DNA of 64,000 nt from the human T2T-CHM13v2.0 reference genome, Homo sapiens, in NCBI RefSeq assembly GCF_009914755.1, contig NC_060926.1; one strand, given 5' to 3'. The position numbers and the translations under genes were made by a program. The notes beneath the pieces were generated by a model that had not been told where the DNA came from, did no database searches, and saw only the letters and a program-made list of their open reading frames with translations. Below, piece by piece: positions 1 to 13,599 of the stretch (positions within the stretch are counted from its first letter, which is position 1; the number at the start of each line of letters is the position of its first letter).

Positions 1-196
1 GCCATTGAAGTAGACCTCTCAAGTCTCAGTTTACATTTTCTTCTTTGCCTTTTTTTTTTTTCGTTTTTTTCTTATTTCTTTCTGTGCACAATTTGTTGAA
101 AAAATCAAGTCTGCCCTGTGAGTTCGTCACTGATTTTGCAGATTGCTTTCATGGCTTTTAACATGACCCTCTGTATATTGGTAGTTGTATCTAGAG

Positions 197-535
197 TAGC
201 ACTATGCAATAGAACTATAATGCAAGTCCTATGTATAACTTTAAATTCTCTAATAGTTACAATAAAAAAGTAAAAATAACCAAATGAAATTAATGCTAAT
301 GATATATTTTCTAAAACCCTGCAATAAATGTTTTATTAAGTTCCACGTATCTAAAATATTTCAACCTATAACCAAGTTTTAAATGATTTATTGGGATATT
401 TTATGTTTTTTTCCATACTACCTTCAAAACTCAGTGTATATTTTATACTTAGAGCACATTTCCATTTGAACTAGCCACATTTCCAGTACTCAATTAGCTA
501 CCTGCACCTAGTGGCTATGGTTTTGGACAGCACAA
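197..535 (+). mobile_element. MER33-like hAT-Charlie non-autonomous DNA transposon
   Basis: Begins tagcactatgcaatagaactataatgc and ends gtggctatggttttggacagcac, matching the MER33 ends as I recall them; degenerate 8-bp TSD atctagag/atctggaa. Confidence 0.75.
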
Positions 536-1259
536 ATCTGGAAGCTTGATCAGATTTACTTGGAAATTTTAAGTAAAACAAGAAAGATTGTGTCAACATT
601 CATTTTGATCTTTTCAGCTTCTCCCTCCCTCTTCCTTTAGGAGAGTGGGGCATATTAACATAATTACAAATAAATTTTATTATTTTGCCCTATGCAGACA
701 CTGACGTGGTACTTCCAAGTGCAAGAAATGTTTATTTTTTGCAGTTGTACATAAAAGATTTTATACTTTCAAATCAAATTACTTAAATTCGATACATGTC
801 TTTTTAAAACAGTGGTTACTATATAACCTGAAAAATCACGTGTAAGTGTGGACTTAATTACTTTTTCTAAAAATTTGATCACTCTTACACTAAAACATTG
901 CCAGGGAAGATTATTTTAATTCTTCCTTCAATATTAACAATTCTATTTTCAAAGAATACTATACAAATAATAGGGAAATGGCTGCTTGATTTCTTAAAAC
1001 CTGGACTTTCATCTAGCCATTCTATAATGCTGTCCCTCAGTTCCTTTCCTACTGGAAACTGGTCCAGTCATAGAAGATGAATCCATAAAGACTACTCACC
1101 TTCTATCCTTCCTCATTGTTCATTTCATTTATCTATCAAGACATGAAGTGCTACATTTGGTGCTCTCACTGGTATGTCCATAATGAAAGGCATAGCCTAT
1201 AATTCAGGAAATATATAATCTCAACTTCACTGGGGAATGGACCGCATGTTAATCACCAA

Positions 1260-1460
1260 CTATGTGCTATGCATTTCACTCACATCATACTTTGTCTATA
1301 ATATCATGTGTCAGGTGTTACCCCAATTTAACATATGAGGAAACTGGTTTCAGAGAGATTAAGTAAATACTATTTAGGTCACTGAGCTATCAGAGGTGGG
1401 GCTATAACAGGAGGACCTCTGCCTATCAAATCCCAAATCTTATGCACTTCTAGAATAACA
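1260..1460 (-). mobile_element. MIR SINE fragment
   Basis: MIR core ccccaatttaacatatgaggaaactggtttcagagagattaagtaa. Confidence 0.65.
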
Positions 1461-4400
1461 TATTGTCTACCAGACACTTAAAGCAGCTAATTGGCATTAC
1501 AGAGGGATCTATAATTGGGGAGGAATTATAATAAGAATCAAACAAAATAGCCCAGATCTAGAGCTAATCTCAGCTGTAAATGAGCTAGCTAGCTCTGTGA
1601 CCTGGCTATAATCCTTTAAACTGTCTGAGCTTAAATCCCCTCATCAGTAAAATGTGCTCTTGCCCCATGCAAATGGTTTTGTTTACCTGACTAATACGAT
1701 TATATTGCACACATAGGAAATGTGTGTAAAACTGGAATATTGTACAAGATTATACACTTCAGTACATACGAAATTTTAATGAAAAGTCTACTAATTGAAT
1801 GCATATTGATTAAAATAGCTTCGTTGTTAATGTGCTGAAACAACATTCCTCTTTGGTTTTTTCCTCCTATCATAGCCTAGCACCCAATATAGAAATGATA
1901 GAATATGTTGAAATGTTGTGGATAATGTGTTTTAAACAATTTCAGTTCTTTGTACTATGACTATAATGGAGCCTTTAACAGAAACCTATTAACATAACTA
2001 TCTGGTTAAAACTAACTAAATCTTATAAATGGCATCAATTTTTCTTTGAAGCTGCTCTGTCTGACCTACTACTTCTAGAAATTGTGCTTCCTCTGTTAGT
2101 TGTGTTTCTCGATAGCAACAAAAATGACAAAATCACCTTAAGACACCAAAGCCATAATTCTGTCACCACACAATCTTCATAGAAATGGGAAAAGACCTGG
2201 GAAGGATTTTGGATCCCAGGTAGCTTATTTATTCCTGATGAATACCTTTGAGATTAAAACAAAATAGAAATGAAAGTAACTGGGATTTGATAGTAGTACA
2301 CTATGACAACAGGAGGTGAGTAGACTGGAATGAAAATGAACCACTCAACCACAGAGATGCAGTCAATAATTATGATGCTCAGATTGCTTTGTTTTTCAAA
2401 AACCATGAGCAAACCACTTAATCTCTGAGTCTCAGTTCCTTCATCTAAATTGCAGAATTAGACAAAGTGACCCTTCCAGCTCTGATATTCTGTGACATCA
2501 AAACTTAGATACCAGAATATTGCAGCATAGGTCCCACATCCCATCCCATGTCTCAGAATGCCAAGAAACTGGTCTTGCAAGTATTAAATTTTCGGTGCAT
2601 GTATATAAATAGGTGGAGAGATGGCTATCTTAGTTTTCCATCTTCAGGCATGACATACATACCCCTGGCTTAGAAACTCCCTGGGAGATCAGAGCACTTG
2701 GTTCACAAAATGAAATAATCAGACATGAAAGTGCACCAGTTCCTTTCATTGTTTTGTTGAGTTTTGATCATCCTTGTTACTCAGTGGTTGTCTACTTTAA
2801 CGGAAGGATGAATATAAGTGCTCTGAAAACAAGCACTTTAAATGCAAATATTTGGATATTATGCTCTAGCTCACATAGGAATGTAAGTTAAATTCATATT
2901 CTTTCGGAAATGCCTGTCTGCAGTTGTGAAATTGAGTCCACTAGCCCAGCTCAATGTGGCGTTTCTGCCAGAAAGAGCACTGGTCTAGGAGTCAGAAGAC
3001 TACTAGCTCCAGTTCTGCCTCTGCCTAGATTTGAACCTCTCAAGTTATTTGAGGTCTTATGGTTTGAATCTCTACGAAGCCTGGGTTCCATTAGATGGTC
3101 TTCTGAGCCCCTTTGTTGACTCTCAAATTGTGATTCTCCAAAATGCCCAGAACTCTGTTAGCCCTATCCAAAAATATATGTGTGGCCTTGCTACTTAATT
3201 GCAACCTTGGTGCTGGACAGAAGAGAAAAGCAGCTTCAAAGACTACATTTCTGAATAAGAGAGAAGATCCTGCACTAATGAAAGAAGGCTTGAGGTATCC
3301 TTTGCCTGAATCTCTTTAGACTTTACCCCAGAGAATAGGCTTGGAGTCAGAACTCCCATCAGCAACATGTCCAGAGAAACTATGAGCTAAGTATTTAATA
3401 CAGCTCCCAGGGGCAGGCTGACCCCGCAGGGCTCAAAACATGGAATAAGGGAGCAGGCTGTAGGACACACAAGGAGCTCTCCTATTTGTTGAATGAAGAT
3501 GGCCATAGAATGAACAAGATAAGAGCAGGTAGGTTTGTTAAACTCAACAGTCAAGGTGAAATGAAGGGCCAACGCTTGTCTTTATAAGCAAATCTTTTTC
3601 CCAGGCTCCAAGTACCCCCTTAAGCCACTGAAGAGTGATATATTCTGCAACATGAGCAAGGATTTCATGAATTTTAGGCAGTGAAGGGATTTTTGGAACT
3701 GCCAACTAAATATGTCTGACTTCATTACACTCCATCCCTCTGCTATGTCCGACCTGTGTAACACTCCTCTCATCCCCCTAATTCATGACCTTGGCAGAAA
3801 ATGTCCTCTTGACTATATAAAACAAGCTAAAGGAAACACTGAACACCACAAGATGTACCACATCTGTGCAGGTCTTTTAGCTAAAGGGGCAGAGAGAAGC
3901 ATCACTGGCTACTGAAAACCGAACAACACAGAGAACACAACTGTATTGGTATGTGCTAGAATTGGGAATATCTTGAGACAAGGACAAGAAATTCCTGTGT
4001 TATATTTGCCTTTGCCTTCTTCCTGACTCATCTAACTTCTTTCCTCTTTTAGTGGGAAATTGGACTACTCTGAAAATGTCTGCTTGTTTTTGGAGAATAT
4101 CTACAGCAGAAGAAATTTGCACAGCAGTCACTCGGTCCACATTTACTCTTCAGGATGTTGTGGAATGTACCCCCAGGTTGCTTTTGGAGTGCAAAGAAAA
4201 TGTAGCTCAACCCCACCTCAGCCACAGTGGCTCTGCTGACTTACTGGGAAAAACACTCAAACTTCCATGGGCATCCCTTTCCTCATCAGTGAAGTGAGAA
4301 GAGGCTGAGGCACCTCAGGGGCCTTCCAACTCTGATAGTCCTTGATTGCAAGTGTACTACGTAATACTTTTTGTAATGAAGAGGGTAATTAATGCATTGA

Positions 4401-4679
4401 TAATGATAATTCATTGTAGAATATGGTAATAGAATAGAGAATCTTACTATGTTGGACAGAATTTTTTATACAACTAAAAATGGAGGAATGGACATCTTCT
4501 CCCAGCATAGAACTGCAGTGACACCCACGTAGTACCGGCTCTAGTGGTGCTCAAGCCCGGGTTTATGTATGTTGTTGGGGTTGAGGTCGGAGGGTGGGTT
4601 AGACATGAATAACTTATGGCAGCGATTACTGCAAGTTTCTTAAGGGCCCCAGAGGTATAATAATAACATAATAATTATG

Positions 4680-4890
4680 AGAATATCCAGCGTCTTTCTA
4701 AAACTCATCATGTGCCATTTAATCCACACCTTAAGATACATGTGAAAATGCAGTTTTGTAATATCTAGTTCGCAGAGTAAGACACTGAGAACCAGGAAGG
4801 TTTGGTGAATTGCCCAGGGTCACAGCACTAGTAAATGGATGAGCCAATGCTCCAGCTCAATTTGGCTCTAGCACTCGTTCCTTAGCCACT
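4680..4890 (-). mobile_element. MIR SINE fragment
   Basis: MIR core gacactgagaaccaggaaggtttggtgaattgcccagggtcacagcactagtaa. Confidence 0.65.
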
Positions 4891-5113
4891 GTGGTCCCCA
4901 AAATCAGCAAGAGGGCTTCTTCACCACCACCCTCAGGCCTCCTACAAGTGCAGCACCCCGGGTCTGGAACATTCCCATTCTGATGAGGCTGGGGGGAGGG
5001 GGGGTCTCTGCCCCACCTGGCCTCAGGCCATCGTTGAGTGATGTCTGCCTGCACCACTGTCCCCACCCACTGGAGGCCGTTTGGTCTCCTTTGTACCTCC
5101 TCTCAATCTTACC

Positions 5114-5536
5114 ATAGCCTCAGCTGCTCTGCAGATCCCAGGCATCATCCTGAAGCTGCTCAGGTGGGTGAATGAAAGTCTGGACTCTTTCCCTGTGGAA
5201 GGTGAATGCCTGCCTGGGCAACAGTACTGCTGCCATCTCAGCTAGTGTGAGAAGGGCTGTGGGTGTGTGCCTGGTACAGAGCACCATTCAAATGCGTGCA
5301 GGCCTTGCTGCCGGTGCTGCCCAAGAAGCTGCAGGCTGCCTATACCCTGTATCACTACCCTCCCTGTGACACTGCTAGACCAGCTGGGCTGCCTCAGCAC
5401 AGCCTGGCACAATACATGTGTGGAGGACAAGGAGTCCATGGACTCACCTGGTGCTCATCTCCGGGATTACCTTCCTCATCCTGGAACTGACTCTGATCCC
5501 TTCCTACTGCATGGCCCTCATCGTCATCTGGGGCTT
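5114..5536 (+). pseudogene. Decayed claudin pseudogene, closest to CLDN6 (N-terminus to just after TM3)
   Basis: Stitched frames read IASAALQIPGIILKLLRWVN, LWKVNACLGNS, *EGLW, CLVQSTIQM, LPKKLQAAYTL, NTCVEDKES, HLVLISGITFLI, LTLIP. These are collinear with CLDN6 MASAGMQILGVVLTLLGWVN, MWKVTAFIGNS, WEGLW, CVVQSTGQM, LPQDLQAARAL, TTCVEEKDS, RLVLTSGIVFVI, LTLIP (from memory). Start is ATA in accATAg, TGA at 5248-5250, several frameshifts. Confidence 0.85.
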
Positions 5537-5816
5537 GAAGTCCCAGATTATTTGCTCCTTATGTAAACAAAATATTTCCAGGGGCCAGATAGCCTCACAC
5601 AGCTCAGCTTTTATGGCCTAGAGATATCTCCCAGGTCTGTGTTTCATCCTGCGACAGCGCTATCATCTTCCTGGCCCCTCAGGGCTTAATTTAGGAACTG
5701 TATTTGTCAGGGTTCTCTAAAGGTAGACTGATTCAGGGACCTTGTCTGTATTATAATCATTTGGCTCTCTCAAGGATAGAAGAGAAATTGCACAATCAGT
5801 TCAGATAGGAGCAGTT

Positions 5817-6147
5817 TTGTTGTTGTTGTTGTTGTTGTTGTTGTTTTGTTTGTTTGTTTGTTTGTTTTTTGAGACGGAGTCTTGCTCTGTCATCAGGCTG
5901 GAGTGCAATGTGCAGTCTAGGCTCACTGCAACCTCCGCCTCCCGAGTTCAAGTGATACTCCTGCCTCAGCCTCCCGAATAGCTGGGACTACAGGTGTGTG
6001 CCACCACACCCAGCTAATTTTTGTATTTTTAGTAGAGACGGGGTTTCACCATGTTGGCCAGGCTGGTCTCAAACCCCTGACCTCGTGATCCACCCGCCTC
6101 AGCCTCCCAAAGTGCTGGGATTACAGGCATGAGCCACTGGGCCAGCC
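5817..6147 (-). mobile_element. AluS with (GTT)n/(GTTT)n tail
   Basis: Full dimeric Alu; TSD cagataggagcagtt/cagattggagcagtt. Confidence 0.95.
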
Positions 6148-7104
6148 CAGATTGGAGCAGTTAATTAGACAAGTGGACATAGATCTAATTCTCATGATAT
6201 GTGAAGAGTGTCAGGAGGCTAGGGTTTGTCACAGGAAATTAAGAAATCCAGGGAAGCTTTTTTTTTCCCCTCAAATAACCACAATGTCCTAATCATACCA
6301 AGGAGTGCCTAGAAATTTCTAGGATACAAATTTCAATTTTTTTCAATAGGTTTTTGAGTTTATACTTTGCATAAAAGTGCACAAGATCCAGCTTCTATCC
6401 TTAAGTTGCAACAGTCTATATGGTCAATTTGTTATAAGCCCCTGATACCTGAAACTATGCCTTCCTCAGTTTCAGAGTAAGCCCACCATCATCACAGATA
6501 GGCAGGCTTAATGTTAAATAGCAAGAGAAGATTCTAACCAGATGTCCTGCCTTCAAATAACCCCACGAAAATTGCTGCCTCACTGTCACTGCACCCAGCT
6601 GTTCTGGGAGCATGTACTATTAAAAGAAACTTGTCTATCCAGACTCCTCTGCAGTTTACAAAATGCCAATGCGCACTGAATATCTCATCAATCTCAGTAA
6701 CTATAGACAGAAGAGTTACATGGCACAGAAGCTGTTACTTCCCCAAAGTCAAATGATGAATAACTGATAGAATTCAAATCCTAATCCAGACCTTTTGACT
6801 ACAAAACTGGAATTCTTTCCACTTCCTTTGTTCTATGTAGACCCTCAGTAGTGTTAATAATACAAGGTTAATTATTGAAATAGTTGTTATTCTCATTCTA
6901 CTTCTTAGGAAATTAAGATGTCAAAACTTTTTAAAACAGACCAGCTTAAAAAATTGTATAAGAATTGAATGGCATTGAATTTTTGGCCATAAAAAATATG
7001 TATATAAATTGAAGCCCCACTTTTTGCCATATGTCACAACTCTAATACTAGGAACTGATGTTAGTAAGTGGACTAATTGTGTAGTAATCTAAGACAATAT
7101 CACT

Positions 7105-9622
7105 TTGTTTTAACAAGGGTATTTTATAAACACTTTATTATATGAATGCTTGAGTGCAAAATGTTTAACCCTTAAAATTAGCAAAATTTCATTTAAATTA
7201 AAACTCCATTTAACAAAAAATGGTTAACTCTGAGAATTGTATAGTAGTTGACTTCTGCTATACAATGTCAAGCCTACACAATACAATAAGAACTGCATCA
7301 TGGCTGTTTATTTTCTCCATTGCTCTTCTGAAACTGTTCCAAAGGAGTGGGAGAAGGCTACTAGACAAACATGAAACAAAATGCAGCTCAAATTAATTGC
7401 CCAGAGTGACTCCTAATAGTTGCAAGTACATTTTGACTCAGTTGTCCAACCAAATAGCTGGGGGTTAACTGCAGGTATTGTTCCAGAGCTGCCAAGAAGT
7501 TTTGTTTTTAGAGCTTAGTAAAAGTTCTGCAGTAGATGAGAAGTTGCAATTTAAAGCTCCATATTCTGTAGTTACTACTCATACATACTTATTATCTGTA
7601 AACACCATAAATATATATTAAAAAGAGTACTCTCACCAGTCAATATAGTTTAAAAATAAAAGATGAGGTAACATCATTCTCAAAGTCCACCAGAATCTTG
7701 CCTGAAGACTTTGAGCAGCTGCCAATATTTCATTTTCATTTGTGCGTGGGTAGAGGCATCTCTGACGGACTTTAACAAAACTGGATCCACTGGTTTTTAG
7801 TATAGCAGCAACATCTTTCAATGCGTGGTAGATAACGTACCTCACCTGTAATACATCTTTGTGATTGGTATGAATCTGTGACAGATAACGGAATTCCTGT
7901 CTAAACCAGGAGCATTGTTTAACATGCTCTAGAGAAACAAAATTTTCAGTCATTTTGATACCACTATGTAAGTTATGGGTCTGATGTGGAGTTCCTGCTG
8001 TGATAAACACTGCTTCTCTGAGAAATTGTATAATAGCTCAGCCTTGACCTCCATACTCTTCATGAAGATGCTTTCTTAGTGATCTGTCTAAATACCAGCT
8101 CTGATCACAAATAGGATCATGGTCTGCTGGATTTTCTTTTCTTTTCTCTTCTTTTCTTTCTTTTCTTTTCTTCCTTCCTTCCTTCTTTCTTTTCTTTTCT
8201 TTTCTTTTTTTTGAGAAAGGGTCTCACTCTGTTGCTCAGGCTGGAGTGCAGTGACACAAACACAGCTCGCTGCAGCCTCGACTTCCTTGGCTCAAGCCAT
8301 CCTCCTGCTTCAGCCTCTCCAGTAGCTGGGACCACAGATGCACACCACCACACCCAGCTAATTTCGTTATTTTTTGTTAGAGATGGAGTTTTGCCATGTG
8401 GCCCAGACTAGTCTTGAATTCCTGGGCTCAGCGATCCACCCATCTTGGCCTCCCAAAGTTCTGGGACTGCAGGTGTGAACCACCACGCCCGGCCTGCTGG
8501 GTTTTCTTGAGTTTGTTGTGAGTTCGTCAGCATTCCATCTTGGATAGTTTTAAGGAGTTCTTCATGGTCACACTATCCTTTGGAAATTTCCACATAGACC
8601 ATAACACTGGCTACACCAGATATATCTAAATAAAGACTTGAGGCTCCATATTTCCAATCTCTAATAAGCCTGTAAGCATTATGTATCTTCAGAACCAGAT
8701 CTGGCCAAACAAAGTAGTTTGGCAGTCTAGAGAACAAATTTAGTTTGCCATCTCATTTTGTGTACTCAAGTGTGCTCAGGCAATGGAATGTTGGCAATCA
8801 GATCATCAAACCTGGAAGCGATCATATCTCTAAAATCTTCTCCTTGTGGCTAGTCCTTAAGTTTCCACATCATTATTTTTCATTTTAAAGCTTTTTGGAA
8901 TAACTTCAAACCCGCTCTAGAAGTCTACTGTGGCTTCTGTGATCATTTCATTAGGTCCTGCCATTAACTATGTTGACTTCCATATCTCCTTTGGTGAAAG
9001 ATTCAGGCTTCCAAGGTTCACCATTTAATTTATGATGCACCCCACAAACCCTCACTAGCTGCCCTATTTCCATCACTCCCTGAACACATTCCAGTTGCTC
9101 CTGTTGGGATCTTGCAAACATAGCAGGCAATTATCTTATAGCCAGGTATGAGGAGTGTCAGCATGCTGGCTTGTCCTCAGTCCCTGAGGGTGCTTAGCTA
9201 AATCAGAGGACATTTTGTTTTCCACTAAAGAAGCACAGATGTCATCAAGGATTTTTGGTGTATTCTTGAGCTCATTTTCTGTCTTTTTTTGTCTTGTTGA
9301 CATTCCCACCAGTTAGGTAGGTCAGTCAGTCAGTTTAAAGCAGATGTGCTGGCTGGACAGGCAGACTTTGTGCCTCTGGCTGGCTTGGAGGCTACATCTC
9401 CACCCGTGGCTGCTGTGCTAACACTGAGGAATTCTGCTGGAGCATTGTACCAAGAGTAGGTTTTTCTCCAACTATGGAAGTCTGCTTTATGTCTTCCTTT
9501 GAGATTGGCTTTGTTAAGAGTTTGGATTGCCTATTTGAACAGAAACAATCTGCCTTTATTCCACATTTTGCTCTTACAAAATGAACAGTCTCCAACAGCA
9601 TGGAGAGATTTTCCAGGAATCA
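7105..9622 (-). pseudogene. KDM3AP1: KDM3A (JMJD1A) processed pseudogene: C-terminal part with JmjC domain plus 3' UTR
   Basis: ORF 9392-9601 (VHFVRAKCGIKADCFCSNRQ...GEKPTLG) and ORF 7633-8010 (FITAGTPHQTHNLHSGIK...QEFRYLSQIHTNHKD...SSF) match KDM3A. The sequence between reads KNTPKILDD, CLQDPN, NWNVFRE, GEDFRDM, SRFDDL, NIPLPE with no introns. Many stops and frameshifts; minus-strand AATAAA at 7134-7139 followed by a short A-rich remnant. Symbol assigned from memory. Confidence 0.93.
8139..8494 (-). mobile_element. AluJ inserted in the KDM3A pseudogene
   Basis: J-type positions (gctgcagcctcgacttcc, ctcaagccatcctcctg); TSD tgctggattttctt (8125-8138)/tgctgggttttctt (8495-8508). Confidence 0.92.
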
Positions 9623-10340
9623 TCATATAAACTTTTATATGACAGTGCTACCAGTCATATAAAAGTATAGCAATACAATTATTACATATAGCCATTATAT
9701 TTGATAATAATAAATGACTACATTACTGGTTTATGTATTTACTATAGTGTACTTTTTGTTATTTTAGAATATACCTTTTCTACTTACTTAAAAAAAATTC
9801 CTATAAAAAAGCCTCAGGAAGGTCCTTTGGGAAGTATTCAAAAAGAAAGCATTGTTATCACAGGAGATGACAACTTCATGTATGTTATTGCCCCTGAAGA
9901 CCTTCCAGGGGGACTAGATGTAGAGATGGAAGACAGTAATATTGATGATCCCATCATCAATATGTGGGCCTAGGCTAATTTGTATGTTTATATCTTAGTT
10001 TTTAACCAAAAAAGTAAAAAAAGTTTTTAAAAGTTTAAAAGTAGAAAACAGCTTATAAAATAGAATATAAAGAAATGAAATATTTTTGTAGCATGTGTTT
10101 ATATTTTAAGCTGTGCTATTACAAAAAATCAAAAAGTTAAAAAATTAAAAAGTTTATAAAGTGAAAAAGTTACAGTAAGCTAAGGTTAATTTATTATTGA
10201 GAAAGATAAAATTTTTAAATTTAGTGTAGCCTAAGTGTACAGTGTTTATAAAGTCTACAGTAGTGTATAGTAATGTCCTAGGCCTTCAAATTCAATCACC
10301 ACTCACTCACTGATGCACCCAGAACACCTCCAATGGGTGA

Positions 10341-10700
<360 letters not shown>

Positions 10701-10712
10701 AAATGTACTTTT

Positions 10713-11025
<313 letters not shown>

Positions 11026-11169
11026 TTAATCTTGTACACAATATTTTAACTGTACCTCTTCTATGTTTAGATCACAGACCCTTGCATAGGGTTACAATTG
11101 TTTATAGTATTAAGTACAGCAACATGCTGTACAGGTTTGTATCCTAGGAGCAATAGGTTATACCTTATA

Positions 11170-11622
11170 CAGGCATACCTCAGAGATACTGAGGGTTTAG
11201 TTCCAGACAACTACAATAAAATCAATTATTGCAATAAAGTGTGTCACACATATTTTTTGGTTTCTCAGTACATATAAAAGTTATGTTTAAACTCTACTGT
11301 CACCTATTAAGTGTACAATAATATTACACCTAATAAAAATGTACATACGTGTACAGACAGGGGAATGTCTGGTCGGTGGATTAGTCAGAACACATTTACC
11401 GATTAAGTTCACCTTTTTCTGTAAGTGTGGTTCATGGCACCCAAAAACAATTACAAAACATGGCACCCAAAAACAATTACAACAGTAACATCAAAGATCA
11501 TTGATCACAGATCATCATAATACATATAATAATGAAAAATTTGAAATATTATGGGAATTACCAAAATGTGACATAGAGACATGCAGTGGCCACATTCTGT
11601 TGGAAAATAGTGCTGATAGATT
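11170..11622 (-). mobile_element. Tigger1, internally deleted, inserted at a TA
   Basis: ta|caggcatacctcagagatactg terminal repeat; around 11350 it jumps to sequence from the other end of the element (gtcggtggattagtcagaacac...ccaaaatgtgacatagagac); 24-bp duplication catggcacccaaaaacaattacaa. Confidence 0.8.
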
Positions 11623-11789
11623 TTTATCAGGGAAGCAAAAGCACTTCCACAGCAGAATCTTTATATATTCATTGGCTAAGATTGAGTCATTTGGCCAAGA
11701 TAATCTAGAAATCAAGTGTCTGGAAAAGAAAAAGAACAACAGGATTATAGACTGGTTATAGTGCATCCTCTGGAGCTGGGCAGATTGCT

Positions 11790-12585
<796 letters not shown>

Positions 12586-12933
12586 CATTCCAAACAAAAC
12601 TGGTACCCTGACAGCAAGCAAGAAAGGAATGATTATTGGCTAGCCATGCAATTGTATCTTCACATTAGAGTAGTTGTAAAAGCCCTTACGAACTTAATTG
12701 GCAGGAGAAAAAGGAGAAAGTAAGGAAATGGTTGAGTGACAAATTGCTTTCCCGGGCAGAGGTTTTCAGCTATCACATTAATGCTGACTTCAGGAGTGCA
12801 GAGCTGGGTGCATCTACCCCAGAGAGTGAGAGTTCTGAGAGCCTTCTACCTTCAACTGCATGCTCTTCATGTTGAATTAAAAGTATTTTTTGAGCATGAA
12901 GAACATGAGCCTCAAACATAACATTTCCTACGA

Positions 12934-13082
12934 TTTTTTTTTTTTTTTTTTTTTTTGTATTTTTAGTAGAGACGAGGTTTCACCGTGTTAGCCAGGATGG
13001 TCTTGATCTCTTGATCTGGTGATCCACCTGCCTCGGCCTCCCAAAGTGCTGGGATTACAGGCGTAAGCCACCGCGCCCAGCC
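12934..13082 (-). mobile_element. AluY-type left monomer only, with poly(A) and TSD
   Basis: Y-type tttcaccgtgttagccaggatgg; runs from the linker straight into a long T run; TSD tacgattttttt at 12929 and 13084. Confidence 0.85.
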
Positions 13083-13135
13083 ATACGATTTTTTTAAAGT
13101 CAGGCTTTCACATACTTTCTAATTCTCCCATCTCA

Positions 13136-13463
<328 letters not shown>

Positions 13464-13599
13464 GTAATTTGTTTTGAGTCAGCACCCTTGGAGTTTATCC
13501 ACCTAAGAGAGAAACAAAGAAATCAAAAGTTAAAAATGCAAATCCCTCCAGAGTTTCCAGAGTTTGCAGATATTTTAAATGTGCTGAAGCAGCACTGGT

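Noticed and set aside
4857-5066. Minus-strand peptide GCCTC as an inverted claudin tail
   Set aside because: Only a few residues match and the flanks do not
6308-6323. 16-bp palindrome cctagaaatttctagg (HSE-like)
   Set aside because: An 8-bp-arm palindrome is expected by chance in 64 kb of AT-rich DNA
7093-7112. TSD for the KDM3A retrocopy (aaagtgatat versus aaagtttatat)
   Set aside because: Weak match; the 5' side is better explained as templated filler
7633-8010. 125-aa ORF as a functional JmjC protein
   Set aside because: Non-ATG start, lost native stop, upstream stops and frameshifts, mutated HxD; it is a pseudogene fragment
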